Source: Mobula hypostoma
Lineage: Eukaryota
Assembly (NCBI RefSeq): GCF_963921235.1
Contig: NC_086097.1
Span: 110,734,001-110,798,000 of the forward strand
Length of the DNA: 64,000 nt
Reading direction: 5' to 3'
Shown in pieces: positions 62,911-64,000 of the stretch. The position numbers and the translations under genes were made by a program. Positions within the stretch are counted from its first letter, which is position 1. Every line of letters starts with the position of its first letter. Below the pieces are notes generated by a model. The model saw only the letters and a list, made by a program, of their open reading frames with translations. It made no database searches and was not told where the DNA came from.

Positions 62911-64000
62911 TGTACATTGTCAGAGAGGACTACAGCATAGACATAGACCCTTCAGCCCTGATGGTCAATGCCATCCAAACTAGTATTTGACCATGTGCAG
63001 CCAATAACTTTTGAAACCTTTCCTATCCACGGAGCTGTTCAACTGTCCTTTAAAAGTTTTTTTCAAAGTTGTTGTTGTACCTACCTCAACCATTTCCTCT
63101 GGCAACTCAGTCAGAATCAAAATGAAAATCAGGTTTAATATTGCCAGTGTATATTGCGAAATGTGTTGTTATGCAGCAATAGCACATTGCAACAAATAAA
63201 AACTGCGAATTACAGTAAATATATCATAGTTAAATTAAGTATTAGTCAAAAAGTACTAGTAGAGTGTTAGTGTTTATGAGTTCAATGTCTATTCAGAAAT
63301 CTGATGGCAGTGGGAAAAAAGTTGCTCCTTCTCGAGAGAAAAATTACCTTTCAAGTTCCTATTAATCTTTCCCCTCTCAACTTAACCCTCCCTCGAGTTC
63401 TAGATTCACTGACCTGGGGAGGAAGGACCGGGTGCATTCACCCAATCTGTGCCATCACAGTTCTCTGCTTTAAAAACTTTATCTGCTGCAACTGTGCTCA
63501 TTCTACCAGCTTGTTTACTTCCTCGTGTAATCTGTCACCATCTTCATTGTAATTTAAAATTCTGACAAGTTTGGTGTACGTTTAGAAATTGCAGCTTGCA
63601 CTCATAATTCTAATACGTTAACAAAACTAATAGCCTGACACTGGTCCCTGCAGAACACTATGATACATTTTACTGCAGCCAGGCAAACAACTATTCACCG
63701 TGGCAAACAAGAGAAAATCTGCAGCTGCTGGAAATCCAAAGCAAAACACACAAAGTGCTGGAGGAACTTAGCGGGCCAGGCAGCATCTATGGAAAAGAGC
63801 AAACAGTCAACATTTCAGACCGAAACCCCTCATGTGTCTATTCACCATGTTTACTGCTTTATTTCCTTGTCAAAGTCCCATTTTATGTCATGTGCCTCCT
63901 CCTTGCTGATAAGCCTTTTACATGGCTCCTTTATCAAAAGCCTTCTGGAAATCCCTGCATATCCACTATATTATCCATATCAATTCCCCAGTGTTTTCCT

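Noticed and set aside
13747..63835. Recurring gcagcaggccaggcagcatct motif as a CRISPR-like array
   Set aside because: The copies are dispersed, irregularly spaced Penelope-like terminal repeats in eukaryotic DNA, with no repeat-spacer periodicity.

Overview
Eukaryotic, repeat-dense vertebrate DNA, most likely from a cartilaginous fish; this is inferred from the repeat landscape (tRNA-headed V-SINE/HE1-like SINEs, CR1, Rex1/Babar, Penelope-like elements). The whole window lies inside one minus-strand gene, integrin alpha-9 (ITGA9). Eight short coding exons were read by hand (61781-61904, 43923-43990, 35901-36030, 30443-30528, 23557-23619, 6565-6702, 5060-5165, 3348-3442). All have GT-AG boundaries and compatible phases, and they splice into one open frame of FG-GAP beta-propeller repeats. 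The introns are filled with nested transposons: CR1, L1, Rex1/Babar, Penelope-like elements carrying minimal hammerhead ribozymes, Tc1, pogo/Tigger and hAT derivatives, and one Helitron. Nearly all long ORFs in the supplied track are transposon fragments. The most unusual observations are: a TSD-flanked composite RTE/Tc1/CR1 retro-unit whose junctions also occur 12 kb away; an ~83-nt CpG-rich hairpin insert with an A-tail and L1-type TSD; an internally deleted Helitron next to exon 7; a non-tRNA ~680-bp retroposon with a 21-bp TSD; and a 161-bp templated local duplication bracketing exon 5. No bacterial-type system (CRISPR, operon) is present. Exon numbers follow the human gene from recall, and element boundaries without TSD/TIR support are approximate.
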